From Polyangiales bacterium (GTDB lineage Bacteria > Myxococcota_A > Polyangia > Polyangiales > Ga0077539), in NCBI GenBank assembly GCA_044229975.1, contig JBGARZ010000005.1, positions 128,001 to 192,000 of the forward strand: 64,000 nt of DNA, in the 5' to 3' direction. This document shows, piece by piece, positions 40,714 to 51,199 of this stretch. The notes beneath the pieces are model-generated. The model was given only the letters and a program-made list of their open reading frames with translations, had not been told where the DNA came from and did not search any database. The translations under genes and the position numbers were made by a program. Every line of letters starts with the position of its first letter. Positions within the stretch are counted from its first letter, which is position 1.

Positions 40714-41973
40714 GTGAGCGAGCCCACCTTCAGCGCCTTCCGTCCTGTCCCCCGCACCGGTGTGATCTATGTGACGACGGAGGCCCAGAAGATGGGTTTC
40801 CGCTTCGGCGCGGAGGGTTGGTGCAACCTCGGCCAGGGCCAGCCCGAGACCGGCGCCCTCGCCGGCGCGCCGCCGCGCATCGAGTCGCTCAACATCCACC
40901 TCGACGACCAGGAGTACGCCCCGGTGCCGGGCGTGTGGGAGCTCCGCGAGGCCGTCGCGGGCATGTACAACGACCTCTACCGCCGCGGGCTGCCGTCCCA
41001 GTACACCGCCGACAACGTGGCCATCTCGGGCGGCGGTCGCGTGTCGCTCCTGCGCGCAGCCGCCGCGCTCGGGCGCATCAACCTCGGGCACTTCCTGCCG
41101 GACTACACCGCGTACGAGGAGCTGCTCGATGTCTTCCGTCTCTTCTCGCCGATCCCGATCCTGTTGGAGGGCGAGAAGGGCTACGCGTTTCCGCCCGATG
41201 CGCTGGAGCGCGAGATCGTCGGCCGCGGCCTCGGCGCGATTCTCTTGAGCAACCCGTGCAACCCGACGGGCAAGGTCATCGGCGGTGACGACCTCGCGCG
41301 CTGGGTCGCGCTCTCCCGCGAGTACGACTGCGCCCTTCTCTTCGACGAGTTCTACTCGCACTACATCTGGAACCGCCCCGACGACCCCACGCCCATGGAG
41401 AGCGCCGCGCGCTACGTGGAGGACGTCGACCGCGACCCGGTGGTGATCTTCGACGGCCTCACCAAGAACTGGCGCTACCCCGGCTGGCGCATCACCTGGA
41501 CGGTTGCGCCGCGCGCCATCATCGAAGGCGTCGCGAGCGCGGGGTCGTTTCTCGACGGCGGCGGGTCGAAGCCGATGCAGCGGGCGGCGTGTGCCGTGGT
41601 GACGGCCGAGCACGCGCGCGCCGAGACGGCGGCCATCAGCCAGGTGTTTGGCCGCAAGCGACGGCTGCTGCTCGACGGACTCCAGCGCCTCGGCATCAAG
41701 CTCGATCGCGAGCCCGAAGGTGGCTTCTACCTGTGGGGTTCGGTGGCGGGGCTTCCGGCGCCGCTCAACACCGGCATGGGGTTCTTCCGGGCGGCGCTCG
41801 CGGAGAAGATCATCACGGTGCCGGGGGAGTTCTTCGACGTAAACCCCGGCAAGCGCCGCATGGGTCGGGCATCGCGCTTCCGCGACCACGTCAGGTTTTC
41901 ATTTGGTCCGGAGGAGTCGGTGCTGCACACCGCCCTCGCCCGCCTCGAAGGCATCGTGGCGGCGGCGAGGTAG
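40714..41973 (+). CDS. PLP-dependent aminotransferase class I/II
   Basis: NLGQGQP, SNPCNPTG, DEFY, GLTKNWRYPGWR. Confidence 0.92.
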   Translation: MSEPTFSAFRPVPRTGVIYVTTEAQKMGFRFGAEGWCNLGQGQPETGALAGAPPRIESLNIHLDDQEYAPVPGVWELREAVAGMYNDLYRRGLPSQYTADNVAISGGGRVSLLRAAAALGRINLGHFLPDYTAYEELLDVFRLFSPIPILLEGEKGYAFPPDALEREIVGRGLGAILLSNPCNPTGKVIGGDDLARWVALSREYDCALLFDEFYSHYIWNRPDDPTPMESAARYVEDVDRDPVVIFDGLTKNWRYPGWRITWTVAPRAIIEGVASAGSFLDGGGSKPMQRAACAVVTAEHARAETAAISQVFGRKRRLLLDGLQRLGIKLDREPEGGFYLWGSVAGLPAPLNTGMGFFRAALAEKIITVPGEFFDVNPGKRRMGRASRFRDHVRFSFGPEESVLHTALARLEGIVAAAR

Positions 41974-41975
41974 GC

Positions 41976-42737
41976 CTACAACCGCCAGCTCAGCGTGCCC
42001 GCCGGGACCAGCGCCCACGTGAGCGCGTCCACCTTCTGACCGTCGCGACCGCCAGTGGTCCACGCCATCCGCAGGTCGAGCTCGATGGCGGCCGACAGGT
42101 GTCCGAAGCCCACGCGCATCCCGACCGCCAGCGCCCCTTCGACCCGGTGCGCCGTCAGGTCGAAGGACTGCGGCTGGATCGCCGCCGCCTGCACCGTCGC
42201 ATCGCCGTAGAGGTATCCCGCGCGCAGGCCCACCCAGGCGTCGTAGATGTCCCGGCGCGTGATGCCCGCGACCAGTGAAGCTTCACCGCCGTAGAGGTTG
42301 GCGCGCTGCACCTCGAAGCTGGGCATCAACCCATCGAGCGCACCGCCCACGAACGCGAAGCGCCCCGCGAGACCGCCGCTCAGCGTGAAGTCGCCGTCGT
42401 GGATGAGCTCGCGGCGCGCGCCGAGGCGGAGCGTTCGGCCGACGAGCGCGAGGCTGCCCTCCGCGGCGTGGCCGAGACCGACGCGCCCGCCCACGTACGA
42501 GGCGATGCCCGGCGGCGTGAAGGCATACGACGCGGCCGTACGGATCACCTGCTCGTTGGAGGCGGTGGGCGCGCGGCCCTCGTCGAGGGTCGTGGCCGCG
42601 ATGGGCGCGACGAAGGCGGTGCCGAGGTCGACCTCGACCCGACCGGGGCGGAGCACCCGCGCGGGCGCGAGGATGGGGGAGGTGGTCGCGCAGCCGGCCA
42701 GGAGCCCGAAGGCCGCAGCGGCCAGCGCGAGGCGCAT
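41976..42737 (-). CDS. Lipoprotein with beta-barrel-like C-terminus
   Basis: Lipobox LLAGC; alternating beta strands; ends TLSWRL. Confidence 0.75.
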   Translation of the reverse strand: MRLALAAAAFGLLAGCATTSPILAPARVLRPGRVEVDLGTAFVAPIAATTLDEGRAPTASNEQVIRTAASYAFTPPGIASYVGGRVGLGHAAEGSLALVGRTLRLGARRELIHDGDFTLSGGLAGRFAFVGGALDGLMPSFEVQRANLYGGEASLVAGITRRDIYDAWVGLRAGYLYGDATVQAAAIQPQSFDLTAHRVEGALAVGMRVGFGHLSAAIELDLRMAWTTGGRDGQKVDALTWALVPAGTLSWRL

Positions 42738-42742
42738 CGGCG

Positions 42743-43857
<1,115 letters not shown>

Positions 43858-44128
43858 GGTTCTCCCCGATCACTCAGGTCGCACCGTAGGGCGACGTTGG
43901 AACTTCTTCATGACAACCTCCCCCACAACCCGGACAGATCGACCCAATCATCACTCACTACAGAACCGACATCGCGGTCACGGTGCCGTCATCCGCCATC
44001 GAACGCCCTCCCATCAGCGGCGCGTCGTCAACCACCGGCGCTGAGCCCTTTTCGTCGAAGGAGTCCACACTCCCACGAAGTAGCCCGATCAGGGTCTGAC
44101 GAAGCCACGGACCCCGGGCGGCCAGACC

Positions 44129-44212
44129 GAGACCCCCGTTTCGAGTCCCCAGACCGCTGATTTCGACCCCGAGACCCCTGATTTCGACCCCGAGACCCCT
44201 GGTTTCGAGTCT
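44129..44212. repeat. Four imperfect copies of a 21-bp tandem repeat
   Basis: gagacccccgtttcgagtccc / cagaccgctgatttcgacccc / gagacccctgatttcgacccc / gagacccctggtttcgagtct. Confidence 0.85.
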
Positions 44213-44223
44213 CCCGACGCCCT

Positions 44224-45627
44224 TCAGCCCGCCGTCACCCGCAGCGCCACGCGCTTCTTCGGCTTCGCCTTCACCGGGACGGCGTCGCCCTCCTCCATCA
44301 CCACCTCGCCGACCAGGTCGTAGTCCGCGCTCTGCGTGATGTCCGCCATCACCATCTCGCCCGGCCGCACCTCGGCGCCCGACAGGTACACCACGCCGTC
44401 GATGTCCGGCGCCTGACCCGCGTGCCGCCCCTGCAACACAAACTCGTGCTCTTCGCTCGCGCCGTCGACCAACACCTCGACGCGCGTCCCGATGAGAGCC
44501 CGGTTGGCCTTGCGGGCGATGGGCCGCTGCACCGCCATGAGCTTGCGGTGCCGCGCGGCGCTGTCCTTGGGCTTCACCTTGTCGCCCTGGGTTTCGCTGC
44601 CCGTTCCGTCTTCGTCCGAGTAGCGGAACACCCCCACCCGCTCGAACTCCGCCCACTTCACGAAGTCGACGAGCTCGGTGAAGTCCTCCTCCGTCTCGCC
44701 CGGGTGCCCGACGATGAACGCCGTCCGAAAGGTCACCCCCGGGATCTTCGCCCGCACCGTCTCCACCACCCGCCGCAGCCGCGCGCCGCCGTGGCCGCGC
44801 TTCATGCGCCGGAGCATCGCGTCGCTCGCGTGCTGGAGCGGCATGTCGACGTACTTCACCACCTTCGGATGCGACGCCATCACCTCGACGAGCTCGTCGG
44901 TGAGGCTCTCGGGATAGAGGTAATGAACCCGAATCCACCGCAGCGCGGGGATGTCGCCGAGGCGCTTGAGCAGCGCCGCGAGCTTGGGCTTCTCGTCGAG
45001 GTCACGGCCGTAGGCGATGGTGTCCTGCGAGACGAGGTTGAGCTCCATCACGCCGCTCTCGACGAGCCGCGTGGCCTCCTCCACCACGTCGTCGATGCCG
45101 CGCGAGCGCTGCTTGCCGCGGATGGACGGAATCGCGCAGAACGAGCATGTGCGATTGCAGCCCTCGGCGATCTTCAGGTAGGCGCTATGCCGACCCTGCG
45201 AGAGCACGCGCGGGTCGCTCGCACGCAGCACGTAGTTGGCGGGGTTGCCGACCAGCATGCGCTCGGCGCCACCGTCGAGAACGTCACGGAGCTTGAGCAT
45301 GTCGCTCGACCCGAGGAAGTGATCGACCTCGGGCATTTCCTTGGCGAGCTCTTCGGGGTAGCGCTGTGAGAGGCAGCCGGCGACCACGAGCTTCTCGCAG
45401 CGGCCCTCTTCCTTCATGCGCCCCATCGCGAGGATGGTGTCGACGCTCTCCTCCTTGGCCGGACCGATGAACCCGCAGGTGTTGACGACGATGTACTCGG
45501 CGTCTTCGGGCGACGCGGCGAGGTCGCAGCCCGCGCTGTTGGCGACGCCGAGCATGACCTCGGTGTCGACGCGGTTCTTGGGGCAGCCCAGGGAGATGAA
45601 ATGGATGCGCTTGCGCTCGGTGGCCAT
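44224..45627 (-). CDS. rimO: Ribosomal protein S12 methylthiotransferase
   Basis: SLGCPKNRVDTE, NTCGFI, AEGCNRTCSFCAIP, TRAM domain APDIDG. Confidence 0.96.
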   Translation of the reverse strand: MATERKRIHFISLGCPKNRVDTEVMLGVANSAGCDLAASPEDAEYIVVNTCGFIGPAKEESVDTILAMGRMKEEGRCEKLVVAGCLSQRYPEELAKEMPEVDHFLGSSDMLKLRDVLDGGAERMLVGNPANYVLRASDPRVLSQGRHSAYLKIAEGCNRTCSFCAIPSIRGKQRSRGIDDVVEEATRLVESGVMELNLVSQDTIAYGRDLDEKPKLAALLKRLGDIPALRWIRVHYLYPESLTDELVEVMASHPKVVKYVDMPLQHASDAMLRRMKRGHGGARLRRVVETVRAKIPGVTFRTAFIVGHPGETEEDFTELVDFVKWAEFERVGVFRYSDEDGTGSETQGDKVKPKDSAARHRKLMAVQRPIARKANRALIGTRVEVLVDGASEEHEFVLQGRHAGQAPDIDGVVYLSGAEVRPGEMVMADITQSADYDLVGEVVMEEGDAVPVKAKPKKRVALRVTAG

Positions 45628-45690
45628 CGACGGTGGGGCACTCTCTACGCGCAAGCCCCCCGGCGCGGCAAGTCGCGCCCGGTCGAGGGC

Positions 45691-46953
45691 TCAACGCGCC
45701 ACGCACTGTCCGCGGAGCAGGTAGCCGCCCTCCGCCGCGGGCTCGCCGAAGATCACCCACGCCCGGGTTGCCGTCGGGTTGAGGGCGGCGCCGAAGAGGC
45801 GGAGGTTGCGTTCGGTGGTTCCGCGGTAGGCGGTGGCGTGGGCCCCGCGCTCGCCCCACTGGGCCTCGATGGACGAGTTGTAGCCGCCGCCCGAAGGTCG
45901 GCTCGCCCACGCCATGAAGAGCTCACCCGCGGAGGTGGAGGCGAGGGCGCCGGTGGTGGCGTTCCAGGCGGCGCCGGGGTGGAGGAGCGTCGGGAGGATG
46001 GGGGTGCGGCGCGCGAGGGTCATCGGGTCGCGCTCTTCGAGGGCGACGTCGACCTCGCGCACGCCGCGGTACACGAGGCGGTAGAGGGCCGATGGTGTCT
46101 CGACGAAGGCCGACGCGCTGGCGTCGTCGCCCGCCTCGTCGCCGACCTCGATGATGGAGCCGTGGCCCGAGATGAAGCGGCGCATGCGGAGCCGACCACC
46201 GACGTCCTCCAGCGCGGCGTAGCTGCTGCCGCCGTCCTGAAGTGTCACCGACGCGCCCGGCCCGATGGGGTCGATGCTGGGGTTGTTGGGGGTGTTGACG
46301 GTGATGCGGGCGCCGCTGGTGAAGACGAGCGCCGTGTCGGAGGTGACGACGCGGAAGTTCGATGGGGACAGCGTGCGGGCGACGCGGGCGACGCGGGGGG
46401 AGAGGTCGAGGGTGTTGGTGAGGGAGAGGGTTCCGCCGGAGCGGGCGATGATGTGGAGGGAGGGGCCAACGGCGATGGCGCCGGTGTCGCCCGAAAAGGA
46501 GAGCGAGAGCGCGTCGGGGGCGGCGCCGCGGGACGGGAGTTGGAGGGGAATGCCGACAGGACGGATGGGGGTGAGGTCGGGGTCGTAGACGCGAACGACG
46601 GTGGTGTTGTCCGCGGCTTGAACCCAGGCGAGCGCGAAGCCGCCGCCGTCGAGGGGCTCGATGGCGGCGAGCGAGACGCGAGCGCCCTCGGCGAGGATGA
46701 AGGAGCCGCCGCAGCGCGAGGCGGGCGGCGCATCGACGGGGAGCGGCGGGACGTCGGCGGCGACGACGGGCGGACGATCGGTCGGGCGCGACGCGTCGAC
46801 GAAGACGAGCGGGACATCGGGCGCGGCGGCAGCATCGGGCGCGGCGGGGACGTCGGGTGTGGTGGAGGCGTCGGGGGCGTCGACGGTGACGGTGTTGGCG
46901 CAGGCACCGAGCAGGAGCGAGAGGGCGACGAGGCAACGGGAGGAGGCGAGCAT
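45691..46953 (-). CDS. Hypothetical lipoprotein
   Basis: Lipobox LLGAC; PDA/PDV-rich linker; beta-rich domain. Confidence 0.75.
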   Translation of the reverse strand: MLASSRCLVALSLLLGACANTVTVDAPDASTTPDVPAAPDAAAAPDVPLVFVDASRPTDRPPVVAADVPPLPVDAPPASRCGGSFILAEGARVSLAAIEPLDGGGFALAWVQAADNTTVVRVYDPDLTPIRPVGIPLQLPSRGAAPDALSLSFSGDTGAIAVGPSLHIIARSGGTLSLTNTLDLSPRVARVARTLSPSNFRVVTSDTALVFTSGARITVNTPNNPSIDPIGPGASVTLQDGGSSYAALEDVGGRLRMRRFISGHGSIIEVGDEAGDDASASAFVETPSALYRLVYRGVREVDVALEERDPMTLARRTPILPTLLHPGAAWNATTGALASTSAGELFMAWASRPSGGGYNSSIEAQWGERGAHATAYRGTTERNLRLFGAALNPTATRAWVIFGEPAAEGGYLLRGQCVAR

Positions 46954-47006
46954 GGCGGTGGGGTGGCCGGGTGGGGGGTGATCCGTCGGGGAAATTTCGT
47001 CGGAGG

Positions 47007-47031
47007 GCCGCAAGGGCGCGAGGATCGCAAG
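47007..47031. repeat. Solo copy of the 4421-4610 inverted-repeat arm
   Basis: gccgcaagggcgcgaggatcgcaag matches the arm core gccgcaagggcgcaagggtcgcaag. Confidence 0.55.
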
Positions 47032-47300
47032 GGGCTACGAGCTGGGAAGCGGGCCGTATCGGTCGATTGGGCGGATCGGCCGCTGACGTAGCCGCCTCGC
47101 TCCGGGAGCACCCGCCCACGCCCGCCCAACGCGGACTTACCCGGAGGGACGCGCCCGCCCACGTTCGCGGTCACCGCTGCCCCAAGCGAGAGCGCGCGTC
47201 GTTCGGGCGCGCCTCGCTCTTGACGTCGACCTCCCCGCGGCGCTGACATCGCAAGGTCGCCGCCGCTCCGTCGTCCGCCACCGAGAGGAGATTCCCGCTG

Positions 47301-47939
47301 ATGCAACGAATCAATCTGGTCGACCGCCGGTCCCCTGCCCCGCGGTCTACGCTTTCGCCGTGGCTCGCCGGCCTCGGCGGCGGTTCGGTGGTGCTGCTCC
47401 TCGCGGGGCTCTTCGTGGTGCACGCCAACGAGCGCGCCGAGACGGCCCTCCGCGAGGCCGACAACGTCCGGCAGCAGGCGGCCATCGAGGCCATCACGGC
47501 GCGCGTCACCGATCACCCCGCCGTTCGCGCCGAGCTGCGCGAGCACCAGCAGCACGCGGAGGTGGTCGACAACCTCCAGCACCGGCGCATCGACGCCTCG
47601 GCGCGGCTGCTGGAGATCTCGCGCATCCTGACCCGGGGCGGCGCGCCGACACTGCGGCCCGGCCCCGCCCGCGACTACCTGCACGCCCGCGTCTACGAGC
47701 GGCAGCCGTGGACCGCCCAATGGGATCCGCACCGCCTCTGGCTCACCGCGATGGAGGAGGACGGCGATCGGCTGCTCATCCGCGGCGAAGGTCTCTCGGT
47801 GGACGACGTCGGCGAGCTGCTCAAGCGCCTCCAGTTGAGCGCGTTCTTCAATGACGTGCGGCTGGAGCACACCGAGCTCGCGGCGGCCGACCGTGGCGCG
47901 CGAGCAACCCAGCGCTTCACCCTCGTCGCCCGCCTCTGA
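47301..47939 (+). CDS. PilN-like fimbrial assembly protein (orphan)
   Basis: MQRINLV N-terminus (INLL-like), TM, coiled coil, LWLTAMEE..L.I.G...S.FFNDVRL; GAGGAG RBS. Confidence 0.75.
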   Translation: MQRINLVDRRSPAPRSTLSPWLAGLGGGSVVLLLAGLFVVHANERAETALREADNVRQQAAIEAITARVTDHPAVRAELREHQQHAEVVDNLQHRRIDASARLLEISRILTRGGAPTLRPGPARDYLHARVYERQPWTAQWDPHRLWLTAMEEDGDRLLIRGEGLSVDDVGELLKRLQLSAFFNDVRLEHTELAAADRGARATQRFTLVARL

Positions 47940-48075
47940 CCGCAGGCGAACCCCTCCCCCAATAGTCCACGGCATGGGTCGACCGCGGTCGAAGCCGTGC
48001 ACCGCATGTGCTGAGCACGGGTTGGCTCCGGTCGAGCCTTGACCCGACGGGTTCGGTCGGCCACCTGTCCCCAGC

Positions 48076-48597
48076 GTGGTGATCGATCGGGCCTGGGCGT
48101 TGGGGTTGCTGGCGGAGATCGGGGCGCCCGCGCGGCTCGTCACCCACGCGCGCCTCGTCGGCGAGGCCGGTGACCGGCTGGTAGCGCTCGTCGCGGGCGT
48201 GGGCGTCGCGCTCGACGCCAACCTCGTGCGGGTGGGCGTCGCGCTGCACGACGTGGGGAAGACGCTGCACCCGGGTGAGCTCGATGGTCCGGGAGAGCGC
48301 CACGAGGCGGATGGTGAGCGGCTGCTCCTGGAGCGCGGCGTCGACCCGCGGATCGCGCGGGTGTGTCGATCGCACGCGCAGTGGGCGACGATGGAGTGCT
48401 CGCTGGAGGAGTTACTCATCGCGCTCGCCGACAAGCTCTGGAAGGGCGTTCGGGCGAGGCGGTTGGAGGAAGTGGTGATCGACGCCATCGCCGCGCGGCT
48501 GGGTCAGGCGCGGTGGGATGTGTTCGTGGTGCTGGACGACGGCTTCGAGGGGATTACAGCGGGCGGGGACGAGCGGCTCGCGCGGAGCCGCGGCTGA
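48076..48597 (+). CDS. Small HD-domain protein
   Basis: THARLV, ALHDVGK, HE, RSH, LADKL. Confidence 0.8.
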   Translation: MVIDRAWALGLLAEIGAPARLVTHARLVGEAGDRLVALVAGVGVALDANLVRVGVALHDVGKTLHPGELDGPGERHEADGERLLLERGVDPRIARVCRSHAQWATMECSLEELLIALADKLWKGVRARRLEEVVIDAIAARLGQARWDVFVVLDDGFEGITAGGDERLARSRG

Positions 48598-48603
48598 ACC
48601 CAG

Positions 48604-49392
48604 TCAGCGGGTGCTGGACGCCGCTTCTCGCGGGGTCGCGATGAGGGCATGCAGGAGCGCGCCGTCTTCGGCGAGCGTGTCGACGGTGCGCGCGAAGGAG
48701 CGACCCGCCACGCGGAGGGCCTGCGCAGGAAGGTTCGTTGCGAGGGCCTCCTTGTCGGCGTCACCGAGGCAGTGGAGGTCGTGGTGATCCTTCGGCGCAG
48801 CGACGTTGTCGAGCAGCGTACGGTCGACCGCCCACGCCTCATACTGCGCGACGTGGGACCCGGCGCAGACGCGGGCGCGACAGAGTTCCGAAGCGCGCTC
48901 GGTGCTCTGGTAGAGCCACGACTCGATGGAGTAGGCGGGAACGACGAGATGGAGGCGCTGCATGAGGGCGTCGACGTCGACCGCACGCCGCTCGTTGAGC
49001 CAGAAGCGAATCGCGGGTTCGAGCCGGTCGCGAAACTGCCGAACGTTGGTGCTGGCCTCGGCGCCGCCCTGCTTCCACGTGAGGTCGGCGTCGAGGTGGA
49101 AGAAGACGAAGCGCGGAACGTCGTCTCGATCGAGCAGTTGATCGGCGATGTACTGCGCGAGTCGCACCCGCGACTGGTGACCGAGACCACCGCGGGCTCG
49201 CCAGAGCTTCACCCCCAGCGAAGCAAGGACGTCGGCGCCAGCGTCCTCGCGGGGGATGGTCTGCACGCCGTTCCAGTCGACGCCGACGATGAGCAGGTCG
49301 CACATCGCGCGGACGCAGGTCACGACGGGCTTCCAGCCGCTGCCGCCGGTGTCTTCGGTCAGCACGACGAAGACCGCGGCGGCGTCGGTCAC
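48604..49392 (-). CDS. TOPRIM-like protein (DUF4276/RloB-like)
   Basis: FVVLTED, FFHLDAD (DxD) and SIESWLY motifs; 4-bp overlap with the ATPase stop. Confidence 0.65.
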   Translation of the reverse strand: MTDAAAVFVVLTEDTGGSGWKPVVTCVRAMCDLLIVGVDWNGVQTIPREDAGADVLASLGVKLWRARGGLGHQSRVRLAQYIADQLLDRDDVPRFVFFHLDADLTWKQGGAEASTNVRQFRDRLEPAIRFWLNERRAVDVDALMQRLHLVVPAYSIESWLYQSTERASELCRARVCAGSHVAQYEAWAVDRTLLDNVAAPKDHHDLHCLGDADKEALATNLPAQALRVAGRSFARTVDTLAEDGALLHALIATPREAASSTR

Positions 49393-50660
49393 CAGAGGCC
49401 CTGCGTCCGCAGGATGTCGTGCACGTGCATCACGCCGTTCTGGTACGAGCGGAAGAACTCGGCGGACTGAGCGGCGTCGGGGTGCGTCCAGACGGTCTCG
49501 GTGCGGCCCTCGCCAACGGGTGACGTGCGGCAGAGGACGAACCCGCGGCGGACGTCCTCCTCGGACTCGAAGCCGAGGTGATCGAGGAGCAGGGGGTTCT
49601 GCGCGGAGACGAAGACCTGGCGGGTGCCGATGGCCTCGACGCAGGCGTCGATCCAGTCCCAGTGGAGGCCGTTGACGAGCTCATCGGCAACGACCACGTC
49701 GGGGTTGCAGGCGAGGTACCAGAAGAAGGTGAGCAGTCGTCGCTGGCCGAAGCTCCAGTGGTCGTGGGGGACCAGCGGGGAGACGCCAGACTGTGAGAAG
49801 AAGCGGAAGTTGCCGAAGGAGGGGCCGTCGCCTGAGTCCTCCTCGGTACTGACGGACGTCGCAACGACGATGATGCGTCCGCGCCCAAGCAACCCCACGC
49901 ACCGATCGAGTCCCTCGTCGCCGCCAAGATCGAACTCAACGCTAGCGCGCCCATGAGGAGACAGGTCGTTCACTTGGCGCACAAGCGCGTCGGGCACGAA
50001 CTCTCCCTGAAGCGATGGTCCCCCGGATGTTCGAAACCACTCGTGGATGTTTGTCATTGCCACCCGCGGTGGCGACGCGGTTCGAGCATGCCCCTTCGTG
50101 CCGGTGAGCACGTCGAACATCCCAACCCCCTCGTCCATGCGGTAGCAAGCCATGGCGTGGCCCCAGGGACGCATCCGGACTCCGCCTTCGACTTTGTCTA
50201 GCTGCTCTCCAAAAAGCGATGCATCGACGCGTGACCTCCGTAGTGGGTTGTCGGAGTGCACTTCCTTTGCATCGACCGCTCCGACCTTAGACGAACGGAA
50301 TTCCGCGACGAGAACCTTGTCGACGATGATGGCTCGACTGGCATCAAGCTTCACAACCCTCACTAGCGCAGCAAGATCACTCCGAGCTCCACCCGAACTC
50401 CTCCACGTCGGTGTGTTCGTTGAGCACACTACGAACGTCGACCCATCTTCCGCCACCAGTTCGTACTCGATCGCGAACGCCTCCCCCTGCAACGCCGACA
50501 GATCATCGCGCAGCACCATCGAGATCAGGTTGAGCAGCGTGGTCTTCCCGCTCCCATTGCGGCCGACCAGCACGTTCCACCCGTCGCCGAAGTGCAGCTC
50601 GGTGCCCGGCCGCACGTCGCGGAAGTGCTCGATCTTCAGCCGCCGCAGCCGGGTCGCCAT
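49389..50660 (-). CDS. ABC-type (AAA_21/AAA_15-like) ATPase
   Basis: LKIEHFR, Walker A GRNGSGKT, signature WSFGQRR, Walker B VVVADE, LVNGLH. Confidence 0.88.
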   Translation of the reverse strand: MATRLRRLKIEHFRDVRPGTELHFGDGWNVLVGRNGSGKTTLLNLISMVLRDDLSALQGEAFAIEYELVAEDGSTFVVCSTNTPTWRSSGGARSDLAALVRVVKLDASRAIIVDKVLVAEFRSSKVGAVDAKEVHSDNPLRRSRVDASLFGEQLDKVEGGVRMRPWGHAMACYRMDEGVGMFDVLTGTKGHARTASPPRVAMTNIHEWFRTSGGPSLQGEFVPDALVRQVNDLSPHGRASVEFDLGGDEGLDRCVGLLGRGRIIVVATSVSTEEDSGDGPSFGNFRFFSQSGVSPLVPHDHWSFGQRRLLTFFWYLACNPDVVVADELVNGLHWDWIDACVEAIGTRQVFVSAQNPLLLDHLGFESEEDVRRGFVLCRTSPVGEGRTETVWTHPDAAQSAEFFRSYQNGVMHVHDILRTQGLW

Positions 50661-50681
50661 CGCTCGCTCGCGCCCCGCCGC

Positions 50682-51167
50682 CTACTCGCGGAAGTTGTTG
50701 TACTGCGCCTCGAAGGCCAGATCGCTCGCCTTCAACATCCGCATCGTCGCCTGGAGGTCGTCGCGGTTCTTCCCGGTGATGCGCACCGTGTCCTCGTGGA
50801 TCGACGCCTGCACCTTCAGCTTCGACTCCTTCACGAGCTCGATGACCTTCTTGGCGTTCTCGCGGTCGATGCCCTCCTTGAACTTCACCAGCTGCCGGAA
50901 CGTCCGCTGCCCCGCCGGCTTCGCCTCTTGCGGGTCCAACTGCTTCAGCGACACGCCGCGCTTCAGCATCTTCGCGATGAGCACCTCGTAGGCGGCCTCG
51001 ACGCGCCCCTCGCTGCTCGACACGATCACGATCCCCTCGGCGTTGCGCTCGATGGTGGTGCCCGTGTCGCGGAAGTCGAAGCGCGTCCCGATCTCCTTCT
51101 GCGACTGCAACAGCGCGTTATCGACCTCGGGCTGGTTGATCTTCGACACGACATCAAACGACGGCAT
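50682..51167 (-). CDS. yajQ: YajQ-family nucleotide/c-di-GMP-binding protein
   Basis: MPSFDVVS, RFDF, VRITGKNRDDLQ, ends NNFRE. Confidence 0.96.
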   Translation of the reverse strand: MPSFDVVSKINQPEVDNALLQSQKEIGTRFDFRDTGTTIERNAEGIVIVSSSEGRVEAAYEVLIAKMLKRGVSLKQLDPQEAKPAGQRTFRQLVKFKEGIDRENAKKVIELVKESKLKVQASIHEDTVRITGKNRDDLQATMRMLKASDLAFEAQYNNFRE

Positions 51168-51199
51168 CGCTCTCCACTCTCCTCTTCGGCGATCGTTGT

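Noticed and set aside
44129..44212. Possible CRISPR array
   Set aside because: Units are contiguous with no unique spacers and there are no cas genes; it is a tandem repeat.
46985..47060. Possible c-di-GMP-I riboswitch upstream of the pilN-like gene (GGAAA...GCAA...CGCAA)
   Set aside because: P1/P2 pairing could not be built, and the GCAA units are explained by the repeat arm shared with 4421-4610.
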